Program-made: the position numbers and the translations under genes
Shown: positions 39,421 to 53,500 of the stretch, piece after piece
Layout: each line of letters opens with the position of its first letter
Position numbering within the stretch: position 1 is the first letter of the stretch
Notes under the pieces: model-generated
Database searches by the model: none
Told to the model about the DNA's origin: nothing
Seen by the model: the letters and a program-made list of their open reading frames with translations, nothing else
Assembly: GCA_015680685.1 (NCBI GenBank)
Contig: MNCI01003135.1
Location: 1 to 64,000 of the forward strand
DNA: 64,000 bases
Reading direction: 5' to 3'
From: Gnetum montanum
Taxonomy: Eukaryota; Plantae; Gnetophyta

Positions 39421-41900
39421 CAATCTATAAATAAATGAAAAGACACCTAGGATCAACTAATTTTCTTGAAAGGTTGCCAACCTAGATCCAATTAGATACA
39501 ATATGAGTAAGCATAATAGTATGAATTCTAGGTGGTATTTGATTTGACATGGTCTCAAAGGGATTAGATGTAGAGGGAGATGGAGAAGTAGGGCTACGAA
39601 CCACATGTGTATGTGACGTTTTAGGTGGGTTGTTAGATCAAAAAAGTGGTCTTTTTCATGATTTAGTATCCAAACCACTCAGTTGATGAAGTAGTTGTAG
39701 ATTGATGGCCCTAGTAGCATTGCATTGCTGAGGTTGGGTTAGAAGTTCACCCTACATAGATGGAGCAAGTGGTATCTATGTTGAGGATAGAGGAACAAGT
39801 GCAGGAATAGGAGAAGTATAAGGATAAAATGTGGATTCCATTCTTAAATGTGGAGATTGATTTTGGTAATATTCGTGAGGGTAGTAGTGATGTTGAAAAA
39901 AAGAAACATGACTAGAAGAGTCACATGGAGACAAGGGTTGTTAAATGTAATACCCATATGAATCTAGTTGTTTGTAATGGTATTACTACCTTGGTGGTGG
40001 TAGTGCCCATGACTATGGTTTCTACCATTATTAATACTGCTCATATGATTGTAGTGGAGTGCCACTTGGATAATACTATTATTGCTGATGGAACTACCTG
40101 GGATTGCCTTCAAGATATGACAATTTTCTCGATGCTTGCCTTTTTGCTAGTCATGGATTCAAAACATACATCCTAGAATCCTCTAAGTGTGACATGATGG
40201 AATAACATCCCTTAGTATTTTCATATTAGTAGATATCACACCCATCATCATCATCTTATTTAGTTTCTAAAACTTCCTCTACTATATTAATCTTTCGCTT
40301 ACAACTTTGATTGGCATGTTCAGCTTCTTTTGGCCTTCTACGATCACAATCATAACTTTGTTCTTTTTACTCTTTAGAAACTTTCAGAATAACTTAAAAT
40401 ATTTTATCCATAGAGTCCCACAATAAATATACCTTAGTTGAAATTTCAAAGGTAAATTTTTCAATCAGCAAGGTTTTCTAGTTCACCACCTCATCAAGTG
40501 ATGATCCCTCCTCACTATCACAAAATTGGACCTTTCTTTTGTGAATGTAAGAATTTTGATTGTATTCATCTATGCTTTTGCATTTCCTCAACTCTCCTTC
40601 TTCTTTTGCTACTTACTCAATTATTTATTAAATCTAATGGGCTCTTAGTTCTAACAATCACCCTTAGGTATAGACTCCAAGAGTTCTTGTTTTTCATTAG
40701 AGCCCATCTATGATATGATAATGTTGCTCCTATTGAGAATAACTAGGGCTAGGATATATATGCAATAGAGAATAGTATGAATATATGGTTGCATCCAATG
40801 GTTCATGTATCCCTTTTTTTCATCCTTGAATCTTCCCCCTCAAGTTGGACACTTAAGAGGATGTCTAATATTTGTCATTGAATAGTTTGAGCATTATACT
40901 CAACTATCTAATGGATTCTAGTTCTAAGGACTAGTACTAGCTCTCTTCTTCTTTAATGAGTATCCTGGCAAAGAACTTAAGCTTTTTCTAGTCATTTTTT
41001 ATATTTTACAAGGCACAGGCATCATGGAAATCATAAAGATGATTGTACAAATTTGCATTATATCCCCCTTTATACCTAAGAATATTATTCATATCTAGCC
41101 TCTTGATTTGCCTATCTTTAATATGCCTTGTAGGAACTCTCACTACCTTTGAAACATTGAGCATGCTTCAAGTAATGAGAAAAGTTTCATCAAGGCCATG
41201 ATTCTAGTGTCTAGGATGCCCTCTACTACCCATTCATTCATAGCGATGATCCTCTCTAAAATGCCTACACCCTAAGTCTTATCTTTCCCAATGGTCCCTA
41301 TCATCATCTTAGTCTTGTTAGTTATTTCCATCATGATTATGCCCCCTACAATTGAATTTAGAGCTAGAAGAGGAAGAGGATGATGAAAAAGGTGAGGAAG
41401 AAGGAGGAATAGCACCATCATGGTGCCTACCACCCTCTCTTTAGCAATCATAGCCACGATCTTGTTGCGTACTCACATTCCTACCATGACTCTCCTTCTT
41501 GGATTCCCCTTTATCATTACATCCATTCTTGCTAGAACTAGGATTATGGATCATGGACTCTAGGTTCTAGTTTTGACTTCCTTCATCAAATTCAAAGAGA
41601 GGAGTCTCCTTGAATCAAAAACCCCTAGAGAAGGGTTCTCCAATATCTTGTTGGTACAATAGGAATGGGGAATCACTGGCCCACATTCCCTTCACAAATT
41701 CATGATGTTGCTCTAGTTGTCAATCCGTTAGCTGTTGTGCATCTATGGGATGACAATCCCTACTATCACTATCCTATACAACATGTAGAATGTGAAGCCC
41801 TTGGATGCTCAATCATAGAAGATATTGTTGGAGCATCATAAAAATGGATTGATTAGGTGGTAACAAATTTTTTTCCTCCATGTCTCACTAGCATAACAGT
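39421..41900 (-). pseudogene. gag: Gag region of the Athila-like element, with a long R/D/G-rich N-terminal part
   Basis: Lies between PBS and protease. Low-complexity charged and Pro-rich coding remnants. Confidence 0.5.
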
Positions 41901-43684
41901 TCATTCTAGTATAGGATGAAGGTGAAATTGGATATGTGCTCATCAAGATGAGCATATACCACTCTATATTATTTGGTCACCTACTGATTTACTCTATCAG
42001 AATTGGGCAGACAATCACTCCTATGAGAAGAAGACATCTTGTATTAGAAAATAGGAAATGTAGTATGCTTCTTAAAATTTTTGTAGTTATTTTAATGTAT
42101 GATATGAATTTATGGTTTGTTTTAATGATCTTGAATATTTTTTCACTAAGTCCTAGATAGCACACATAACAAACAAAAGGTCCTTATAAACAATGCCAAT
42201 GACGAGTGACAAGGTACCCCTATGTCCAACCATACAAATCACAAGCATTCACACATGATCCTATGAAATTCCATAAATCTTACATTCCTATATACAGTGG
42301 TTCCAGAATGTAAATTCAATTGTGATGATCATTGTCTTCCAACTACACTTATGGAGCTTAGTTGTATGGTTGCTTAGTTGTATGATTAAGTGTAATTGAG
42401 AAACATGTTTTTTATTATTGTATATTTTATTCATCTATTATTAATAACAACTTGAAACTCAATTTATGAACCACTTTAAATAATCTAATGACTAATTAAC
42501 AACTAACTATCCTAACATAAGTATTTACTCCTACTTTTTTGTACATCTTGAACATGTATAATGCTACTAAGTTACCACGTTTTAAGTATTGTTGGGATTA
42601 CCAAGTGTCATGCACATGATTGAAGAAGTTGTACTTATGTTCTTAATTAACTGCTACTTAATATAGCTATCTTAATTTAGCTTAATTACTCAATAGTATT
42701 AAATGAAATTTCAAAAAATATTAAATGAATGAATAAAATATTTAAGCTAACTAAGGTGCTACAAGGTTAGATTAGAAAGCTCATCTTTATTATTGCACAT
42801 ATTTTCATGCTCAAGTACAATAGTGCTTCAATAAAGATCTATACACTCAATGACTCCTACCATGGGCATTTTGGAAAATACTCTAACTTTGTAGAAAAGA
42901 AACTATAAGATATTTTCTATGCTATGATTAAAAGGTCTTGCAAAGTGTGTGCCCAAGCATTATATTTACAGGCTGGCACACACCCTACAATATCAAATAT
43001 CCAACATTGCTCCGTGGGCCCTGATATCAGGTATCCAATATCAAGGCTCTAATATCAAATATATGATATCATAGAGTTCATCAAAAATTATTTTATAAAA
43101 TTCAAAAATATACTTTAGATATTTATCTAATGTGATTACTTTGGGACATCCATGTAGTCAAAATATCTCTTGTATAAATTTCTGCACTACATCTTTTATT
43201 ATATTTAAATATTTCAAGGAAAGAAAGTGACTCATATTTGATAAATGATCAACAATAACCAAGATTGAAGAATCTCTCTTTTTGGTACATTATAATTCTA
43301 CAATGAAATCCATAGTAACATCTTCCATTTACATGTTGGAACTTCCAAAGGTTATAATAATCCACTTGCCTTATTTTTCTGGACTTTCACTCTTTGAGAA
43401 GTTGAACAACTTCTAATGTAATTAGACATATCATTCTTCATCCCAAACCAAAAATGAAACTTCAATATCATTACATAGGTTTTGATATATCTAAGATGTT
43501 TGGTTTATGGTACTTCATAGGCTTTAAATAATAATTTTTATTTCCAAATACCTTCTAAAATATACAATCTTTATCCCTTCATGAATAGGACTTTTGGGGA
43601 GAAGTGTTAATTACTTTCAAAGGTTATATTACTTCAAATCTACTTAAAATAAGGTTCTTCATATATCTTCTCCTTAATATTTTT

Positions 43685-46600
43685 TAAGGAGTAAGAACTT
43701 AGGATGAGGGTTGAATAATTTTTTCAATTAAAAGGATATAGCCACCAAAATCAAATATAATTTTTACATTGTTCCCTAACCTAGTTACATCCATGCTCAG
43801 AGGGTAGAATACAAGCACACCTCCAAACTTTGTTTCTTCAAAATGTGATTTGAAGGATAACCCAACATTTACAAGATTTGAGGTTTGATTTGGAGTGTGT
43901 TTTCGCTACCAACACACTCAGTTTCATAAGGTTCCAATAAACTCAAAATATGGTTTAGACAATCTTACAACCTTTACAAATGTGATTTTTGCACCAAATT
44001 ATTTTGTTGCTAAAAAAACCACTCAACCCTCCAAGGTCTTGACAAGCATAATGAAGATGCCTTTTTGCAAGAAGCACATCAACCTCATAGGGCTACAAGA
44101 AAGAATAAAAAGATTAAGGAAAAATTATAACTAGATTTATAAAGTCCTTGTAATGAAGCTTATAACATATAACATATAAAATATATAAATTATAGTACGA
44201 TGAAGAAAAATCATAATATTTCTTTTAGTAGCCTTGAAATGATTTGATAATGATAGTACTTGCACACTTTCCAAGAAATTCACTTTCTCTTATACCCTTT
44301 GAGTTTCCAAAAACTCCTTGAAATTCAAGCAATGAATATCAAATAGCTAATATAGACATCTACTTTGAAGATGAGACATCTATATGTGAACACCCCTAAT
44401 GTACAAAAGATGTCTATCTAAAAATTGATACATATACAATGAGACATCTACCTATAAATGTCTAATTTCTTGGATAGATGTTTGCTCTTATAACAAGATG
44501 TCTACCCTCTAGATACACTTCGAGATTTGGAGCATTTCTTTGGCCTTTCAACATTTTGAAAATCTTTGAAACATCTTTGTTTAGCTTGTAGACTTTGTTT
44601 CCATCCATGCTCTCATCTTATTCACTTTATCCATTTTTTTTATTTTCTTGAAATCTGAATGTAGATCTTATTCTTGGTTGTCCATGTGAATTTCTTGTTC
44701 ATGATCCTACAACAATACCATTACATACACATTCTACATTCTCCATTTTTTCTAAGGTTTTAACATACCAAAAGTACAACAATCTCCCCCTTTCTGATGA
44801 TGTCCAAAATTTAAGAAAATAAGTTAGTGCATTTTGTAATATATAAATTTAAATGATAAACATTAAAAGCATTTAATATGTATAAATTCTAATGGTAGCA
44901 AAGGGTATTGTTGGAATAGGGATATAAAGGTTTAAGTCAATGGGTTTCAATCATATGAAACCATAAGAAAAAATAAACTAATAATACCAAGAGGTCTCCA
45001 TAATATATCATGCTACCAAAAACATAGTTGTCCATATACATAAATATAACATTCATCATAAACGATCAACAATAATAGAAACTATCATAAGGTATCCAAC
45101 ATCACATACAAGCATATTGTCATTATCCATACAAATATCCATAACCATATACAAACATCCACAAAATATCCATAAATTCTCTGCCTTTTTGGACATCATC
45201 TAAAAAGGAGGGACCATCAAAGGAACCTATTCACTAATCTTGGCAACATTATTAGACTCATCATCATAGGTAGCTACTACACTAGAAGGCCTATATTTAT
45301 CCTCTTCATCATTGTCACTACTGGTGCTACTGTTAGTGCTCGAGACATGATTTTCATCATCATCTCTCTCAAGATAAAGCTTCATCCAAAACTAAGATGA
45401 TATGGGTTAATGATATGGAGCTTTCTAAAAATATGAGGAAGCACCCTTCCTCTGATATGTGATAGGATTATATAGTCTCCACTTAGAGGAAGTCTCAAGG
45501 ATTCTCTGCATTGCCTATTGCTCAAATTTTTATGGAGCATCATCATGAGGATAAGAACTAGATCCAAGCTTCATAGGATCAAGAAAATGCCCCTAGACAT
45601 GTGTAAGAAATGCATCAAGCTCCTTAAAATTGGATGGATTTCCCAAGTCATACGCTTGAGATGGCCCAACAGCTATCTAGAGACTAGCTAGAGTGAAACA
45701 ATGCTCCTCACTATATGATATGGAAGAAGTGGTCATCTCCATGAACTATTATCCATAGAAACAAAGAGTTGCTCTAGCTGCATCCATTTTGTAATGAAGG
45801 TAAGAGAGGTTTCGACCAATCATCCCAATAGTCCTAGCAAAATGTCTTAGCATCTTCTTAAGAGCTAATTTCATTTTGTCATTGACTGATTTGTACCTCC
45901 TTAAGTAAGGAGAGGCCTAGGGAGGTGATGCAGATCCTATTCCCTTGGTTTTTGGGGCTTGATGCTTACAATGAGGCATTTTTCTCTTTTGAATTTTATC
46001 TTTTCATAAAAATTTCATGTATTTCTAGTGTTTGGCTTCCTTTCAAAAAATTTGTGATGATAGTTCTTTCACCTTCTTCTTTTCACTTAATTCTCCATAC
46101 CTTTTTGTTCTCCTTATCCTTTTGACTTATCTTCCATTTCTTCTTTTCCTTCAAGATATCCTTTCTAGGTGCATTTGGATAAGACCAAGGAGTCTTATGA
46201 AATGACTAGGTAATCATGTGGTGATAATTTAAATTGAAATCCTACTGCTTATTCCCAAATGTACCACAATAATAACATCTTACCTTTTTAGCATAGGTGA
46301 AGTAGTCAAACCTTGAAGCTTCCCTTTATTTGGATGAAGTGCCTATTAATACTTCAACATTTGAAGTCTCCTTTTATTTAGATGATGTTTTGGTTGATGC
46401 TTCTTCTTGTTGATAACATCCTAGCCTACTCTTATAATGTAGACTTCTTTCTTATCCCAAAATTATGCAAAGAGATTCTTTTCATTTGACAAGTCTTTCA
46501 TTTTTTATCTGCAAGTTCTTTTTCAATTTGCTCATAAGACAAGGTTAGTTTTTTTTTCTCAACCCTTAGGTCTAAGTTTTCTTATGATATGTCTAAATAT

Positions 46601-47400
46601 TTTGAATTAATTAGAGATAAATCTTGATCTTTATCCTTTAAAGCCTTCTTTAGGTTTATACAAATATTTTGCAATGACAATAGTTCATTAAACAATAGGT
46701 CATATCTTTCCTCATTAGTTTCAATTATTTGATCATCATCATTGGTTGTGCTATCATCATCTTCTATGAGAGCCATGTAGATGAGATGTGAATCTTGCAT
46801 GATCTCAACTTTTACATCACTTTGTTCTTCATCCTAGTTGGTGTAGAAGTTGTTCTTTTTGGACTCAGCTTCAAATTGATCTTCCTTTTGGATCCTACTA
46901 GGACCTAGACATTTGGACACCATATGGCCTCTTCCATCACACATCCAACCTTCTATAGAAAATGCATCAAAATTTTAATTTTTTAACTTCTTACACTTTT
47001 TCTACCTTTTGCACTAGATTGATTGGGCCCTAGTTAATTGAAGTATTTTCCTTTCCTAGCAAGAATTCATTAAACTCTTATGGATTGAAGGATGAATTCA
47101 TCTTCACTATTTGTTTCATGTTCAACCAACTCCTTCTCCTTGCATGTAGGTTTGAGGGCAATGGACTTTTCCTTTATGGGTCCTTCACTTGTTAGATTCA
47201 TCTCATAAGCAATAAGATAACTTTTGAGCTCTCCAAATTTTAACATCGAAAAGTCTCTAATTTCTTCCATGTCAGTGACTTTTGGGCTTAACATGGGCTG
47301 TAAATTTCTAATAATTTTTATAATCACATAACTAATATGAAAAAACTTATCCCTTATATGCACTAATATGAAAAGCTTTTTCTCATTCAAAAGGCCAATA
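43685..47400 (-). mobile_element. SIRE (Ty1/copia) remnant: gag (about 46100-47400), extra ORF remnant, repeated PPTs, 3' LTR (about 43685-44781)
   Basis: IKIIRNLQPMLSPKVTDMEEIRDFSMLKFGELKSYLIAYE (SIRE gag); two zinc-knuckle remnants (about 46930 and 46270); SIRE PPT signature AATCTCCCCCTTT...GATGATG at 44781-44803 and a second copy near 45180. The LTR left end is approximate. Confidence 0.75.
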
Positions 47401-49149
47401 TAAAATCACATGTTTTTTTAAACTTTCCTTTTCTTGGTGCTAATGATAGCATTTTAAAATTTGCTTGGTAGTTATTTTCAATAATATATTTATTAATAAT
47501 CATACAAATAGTTCTAAAATCATCTAGATGATTTTAGCTTTCTATATGTTACATTGGACTATTGGAAAAGACAAGGCCAACCATCTTATTTATGTGACCT
47601 ATCAGAGTCATAACCTTCTAAAAAATCATCCATATGATTTTCCTGGTATTGATGTATCCTAAATTTTAAGGCTTCAAAGGAATTGTATTTGCAACATCAA
47701 GCTCTTTTCATTTTAGCCTCCTCATAAATCACATGTTTTTCAGAAAGGAATTGCTTGGCTCTACCATGTTCCAGCCTATTGAGTTCAAATAAAATTTTTA
47801 AGAATAATGTAGGTTTTGCTCCTTGTGAAATCTTGCTTTCATTTAGATAATTTAGAATACATGTAGATGAAAATGCTTACTACTAACATGCCAAGGCTTC
47901 TTAAATAGGATTTTTGATTCTAAAGAATGGTTTTAAGGTTGATGTGGCAAGGGTTCTTGGATGTGCTTTTTGGTTTTAAATGGTTCTTTTAAATGCTAAA
48001 ACAACTACATCACATAGAAAATAAAAGCCAAACAAAATCTTGAAGTCACAACATTATCAAATAACATTTTAAAAAATAATAGCTCTCCTCTTAGGTTTTG
48101 GCCTACCAGGATAAATTCTCATGTAATGGTTGAATCGGCTCCACCTTAAAGCTAGCTTTTCTATGACTATCATTGAAGCATTCTAAGCTTAAAACATCCA
48201 ATAGCAACAAACATAAAGAGTTTTTTTCAAAAAAAAAAATGAGTTTCCTATCATAAGACACCATTTTCCTATAATATGAAACAAATAACTTCTTTATAAT
48301 TTCACTTTCTTAGTAATAAAGATCAACAAAAAAACTCTACACTCAAAACACCTAATAATATCTCCCGTTTTGAGATTGAATGAGATCACAATCAAAGATA
48401 AGAACTTTCAGAAAAATTTGAAAATCACACAAAGGCTCATCAAATTCAATTAGCTCATATCAATCAAGAACATGAAAATTAAAAGAAAGACTAGAAAAAT
48501 AATAAATTAAAGAGTAATCTCAATATCATCCAACCATCATTGAGCAAATCAGGTACATAATCACAAAATACACATACAATGCTCACATCAACAAAGAAAC
48601 CAAATAGATCATCAAAACAAGCATAGATAGGAATACAAGAAAAATAAAAGCCCACATATAAAATAATTGAAAAAAATGTAAGCTTAAATCACTTAGCTAT
48701 TAAATATAACATCAACTTCACTAGAAGCATTACAACATAGACATTAGGGGAAACAAAGAGATCACCAATTTTTTTAGTAAAACCAACATATGAAACCATC
48801 GTAAATTAACATATGACATAGATTATACTTTTCATTTTTTTTTTGAAAATGTTTAAAATAGCTTCCCATATCATCAAAAAAGTCAAGATTAAAACACAAA
48901 CATAAGAGCTAACTAAGACACATCAAGAGCTAATAAGTAAGTAATAGATAAAACTTAGGGATGAAGATAAGAGCTTAGAAAAGATTATATTAAATAAAAA
49001 TAGACATACACCTCCTACAACAAATCTCATTAGCTCATAATAAATCTCTAAACTAGTAATAAAGAAAGAGAATTAACTCTATTTAAGTAAAATAATTGCA
49101 CCTCAAATAGCTAAATCTTTCTCTACTTAAAGATTTACTAAAACTATAA

Positions 49150-50136
49150 GCTCTTTGGTTTTTTGTTTATATATATGATAGTTTCATTCTTTGTAGTTTC
49201 ACTTAATCCCAAAAAAATTGATACTTAATTCTAATATGTTTAGTCTTGCAATGAAATGTACAATTATTAAAAATGGAAATATTATTATTATTATCTCAAT
49301 GAATAATAATAGGATCAAAAATATAATATTAAAGAGCTTTAGAACTTTGTGCATCCATAAAATCTATGTGCAGTAGTAAGAAGCACCTACATATTTAGCT
49401 TTAGCTAATGATAATACAATAGATATCTACTTCTTACTCAACTAAGATACCAAGTTGTTAGCATGATAGTGGTAGTTCCTACTTGTAGATTTTTGGTCAT
49501 CTCTATTACCATCCCAATCAATATCTATATAAGCCATTAGCTTAAGTTTTCTACTTCTTAGACACCATAGCCCACAATTTCTTATGTGATTGAAGTAGTA
49601 TAAAATTCTTTTGGCTTATACCAAATAAAATTCTTATAGATCTATTTGAAAATGGGAAATTAAATCTACAACATAATCTATGTCAGGTCTAATTGTTGGC
49701 TTCCAACAATAACTTGATATAGAGTATCTTCAACCTTTTTATGTTCTCATCTTTGGGAAGATGTATATATTTTAGAAGAGTAGCATACGCTTTTTTCTTT
49801 AGTCATGTCAAAGAGTTTAAGCATCTACTAAATAGATTTTATTTGGTAAATAATGTGTCATCTTTAAGCATCTAAAGATATAAGTCTAAAATATGAGATA
49901 CCTCTTCCATCAAAGACATTTAAAATTTTTATTTCATAACATTAATAAACTATGTAGATAATCTTGAGCTTATTCCTCTAAACATGATGTCATCAACATA
50001 AATCTAAGCTATCAAGAAGCCTATGCCATTCTTTTTAATATAAAGATTAGTATCTAAAGGAGTTTTTAAATATTCATTCTGTCATAAACAAAAGTTGAGC
50101 TTATTATGCCACATCTTACAAGCCTATTTTAGACCA
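49150..50136 (-). pseudogene. Ty1/copia RT and RNase H remnant
   Basis: GLK*ACKMWHNKL, IYVDDIMF, DQKSTSR..HANNLVS*LSKK (compare DRKSTSG..LGNNLVSWxSKKQ). Confidence 0.85.
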
Positions 50137-50560
50137 TCATCATTATTCTAGCCTTATCCCAACAAAATGCGGGTGGCTACATGAGTTCTTTTTCATCATT
50201 TACCTATATGAAGAGCTAGATCTTTGTTTATTTATAGTTTCTTCAAATCATCTTCAATCATTTTTTTCATATCTTCTTTAGTGTTCCTTTTAGTGGCTTT
50301 CCTAGAATAGTAATGCAGTAATCTTTGTTTATAGGCATATTGTTTGATCTTCTTTGCACATGTTTAAACAATCTAAGCCTCCATTATTCTAGCTTATCTA
50401 ACTCCAAGTATTCCTATGATGTATATATTGTGTAGTTTTTCTCTTCTAGTAACATTCAACATCCATTAAGCCTTCATATCTCTACCACACTAATATATTG
50501 GTCATGCCACTTTTGTACTCCCTAAAATTTAGCATCATATAAATAGTAGGTCTAATTACT
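50137..50560 (-). mobile_element. RTE-clade LINE 3' fragment, abutting the copia RT
   Basis: Minus-strand end CATGTAGCCACCCGC...TTGGGATAAGGCT plus a short (ATG)n-like tail matches plant RTE 3' termini. Translation MIEDDLKKL*INKDLAL...RTHVA. Confidence 0.7.
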
Positions 50561-53500
50561 ATTGTTTCTCAGACACTTCTTCTAATTCCCTTGTTCTCTT
50601 CCCTATATGTAATTTTTATAGGTTTTGTTCTCTATGAAAATGTCTTTCTCAAGATTTGGGCTCCAAAAGAAGATGTATGAAAGATTCTAAAAACATCTTA
50701 ACTACATAAGAAAAACTTTAGATGAGACATACTAGTTTTGCTAAGATGTCTCATAGATTAGGAAGACTTATTAGCTAAGGCATCCCAAGTTGAGTTGAGA
50801 TGTCTTAGCTATTGTGGAGATCTATTAGGCCAAAATAAGACACCTCACATACAAGTATGATTTGTTAGTGAGATGTCCTAGGAAGGTTAGAAATGATTCA
50901 AATGATTAGAAAACCTCAGATATTGCCCATTCTAATTTGGAAAACAATTAAAATGATGGAATAAAAGATAGAAACATCATGGAATCTTGAAATTGATCTT
51001 GATGAAGGTTTTCTAGGATTTTTTTCTTAATATGTTAATAAATATTGATTTTGTTTCATTCTTGTATTACCATGAAGATGATAATGAGATGTCATAAAAG
51101 TTCATGAGATGAGCTTGAGCAAGATTGTGTAAGAGCACGTTAAGTAAGTGCATATGTAGTTGTAGCTCCAAGGCCAAGTATGTGTTATACTGACCTATGG
51201 ATTCTTGTGTCTTGCATGTGTGTGAAGATCTCAGTCATAGGTTATGGGAGAGATCTCTATTGGTTTCTTCATGCATTAATAATAATCATTGTGTGATTGT
51301 AGAGCCTCATGATCTGTAGCATCATTTGAGTGTTTTGAGAGATTGTTGGATGTTTTATGGGTTTAGAAACCCTGATGTAATCTTCTTTTAATAATTAAAT
51401 ATAACTAGTTTTCCTTTTTTCTAGTGTATCATTTGTCTTTCTATAATATGTAGATTTAGTGGAATTAAAGGTGATTTTTGATGAGTGAACATATTCTAGC
51501 TTACTACTGGTATTGAGGCCTTTAGGTTGATTGTTTCTTGGACTTGATTATGGATTTTGTCAATTTTAGATGGTGCTTAAGAAGAAATGACTACAAGCAT
51601 TGAATAGAGACATGGAAAACATGAAGTTTTCCTTACAAATGATGGTTTCTCAATTAGATGAAATCGATGCAAAGGTAGATCGATGATGAATCATGATTTG
51701 CCAAGCTCTGATATCAGATTCGTGATATGAGGTACGTGATATCATGGCCTAGATAATGATATCAAATACAAAATATCATAATTCCTATGTAAGCTTATAA
51801 ATACACATTTGGGTGCATAGGAAAAAGGGAGTAAGTAAGTGTAGGAATAGAGTTTTTTTTGTCAGTTTTTAGTTAATTTCCTTTCTTTCCTCAGTCCATG
51901 CCTGCAGTGTGATGATTGTAATTATACAAAACCTTTATTCTAGTGTGACATACTTATGCACATGACTAGCAATAAAGATCGAGATTACTCCAATATTGTA
52001 GCATTCACTTAGTTTAATTGTTTAATTATTATTGTTATTTATTGTTTCTCTTAGTTAATATTTCTTTACCACCATTTACTATTCCTATTGTTAAATGTAG
52101 AATGAGTACGACTTAATCATGAACATTTAAGTGTAAATATTTGGTAACCCAGTAGCATATCTAGGAGTGCTTAAGTAATATGCACTTGGTAATCCTAGAG
52201 GTAGTGCATGAGGTCCAAGATGTGCATGGATGATTAAGGATGGATGCTCATCACACTTAGGGTAACTTAGATTTTATTTCACATCATATATCAGTGTAAT
52301 CAAGATTATTTCTCATTGTCTCTAAGAGTGGCATAGTGATAGAAAGATACTCAAGATTATTTCTCAAGGCTAACTTATGCAAGAGTGTCAACCTTGAGAA
52401 GACAAATAGTATCAAACTTATGCAAGAGTGTCAGCCTTGAGGAGACAAATCAAAAAGTGGAAACAAGGGCAACATGAACCCTTGGATAGGGCCTTAGAAA
52501 GATACTATTCATTGTTAAAAAATTTCCCAGGCCATGGATTCTCCTAGGAAAGGCTAATGCACCACATGATGGATGGGCTCCGTAATGAAACAAGGGATAC
52601 CCTAGGGGTGTATGTCTGAGGTCAACTATATGAGCTATGAACCCACATATTTCCAAGAGCTTATTAAGAGGGTAGCAAAAGAAGAAGGAGAAATAGCTAA
52701 ATCGGAGAACATTGAAAGCCCTCAATAGGACCAAAATTTCAAAATAGCAAAGGTCCATGATCATGAAGAGGAGAAATCAACTCACCGTAAGGAGGTAGAA
52801 TCATCTTTGTTGATATTACAATCACTAGATAAAATTGAGTCAAATATCAATAAGATGATGGACTGGGTACATGAAAGATTTACTTGAGCATTGAGTAGGA
52901 ATATTACATCCATATTTCATACAGAAATACAAGGTTCAACCATAGTGGCAAAAACTGCGATCATGGGGGAGGCCACGGTCAAACTGGTCACACCCTTCCT
53001 ACCATCTGAAGCCAAGTGCTTATTCTATTCAGCATCCTATTTTCCCAATTGGGTTAACATCCTCTATCTCACCACATCGTTATCTTTCTTCTAAGTACTA
53101 TCAACCCATGTCCTCTCCCATAAGATCACCACCCCATGTTCCTTGCACTTCTCCTCACCCTCAATATTCTCACCCTTCAACTCCTTCCACATCACCACTA
53201 GTTGTGTTAGAAGGTTTTCCACCATGGTACCAACCCATGAATGTTATTTGTGATACTACTGATGGAGACTCTCCAAAATGTTGAAAGTGTCATTTCTTTA
53301 GGCATAACCATAGAAAGAGACAGCACAGTTCTGAAACCATTGCATCCAGCAAGTTAGCATAAGTCTAGCACTATGATGCATCTCCTCCTTCGAACCCAAC
53401 AGCTCTTGTTACCTTATCCAGGCCACCAATCAACACTCCAACTATGTGACCCAATGAATATAACCATGTAGGAATACATATCGATCCTTGCATACCAACT

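Larger units (their letters stand above)
33059..43083 (-). mobile_element. Full-length decayed Athila-like gypsy element (LTRs 33059-33907 and 42200-43083)
   Basis: Paired LTRs, perfect TSD AAAAT (33054-33058 and 43084-43088), decayed tRNA-Asp PBS at 42181-42198, and gag-PR-RT-RH-INT order. Confidence 0.92.
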
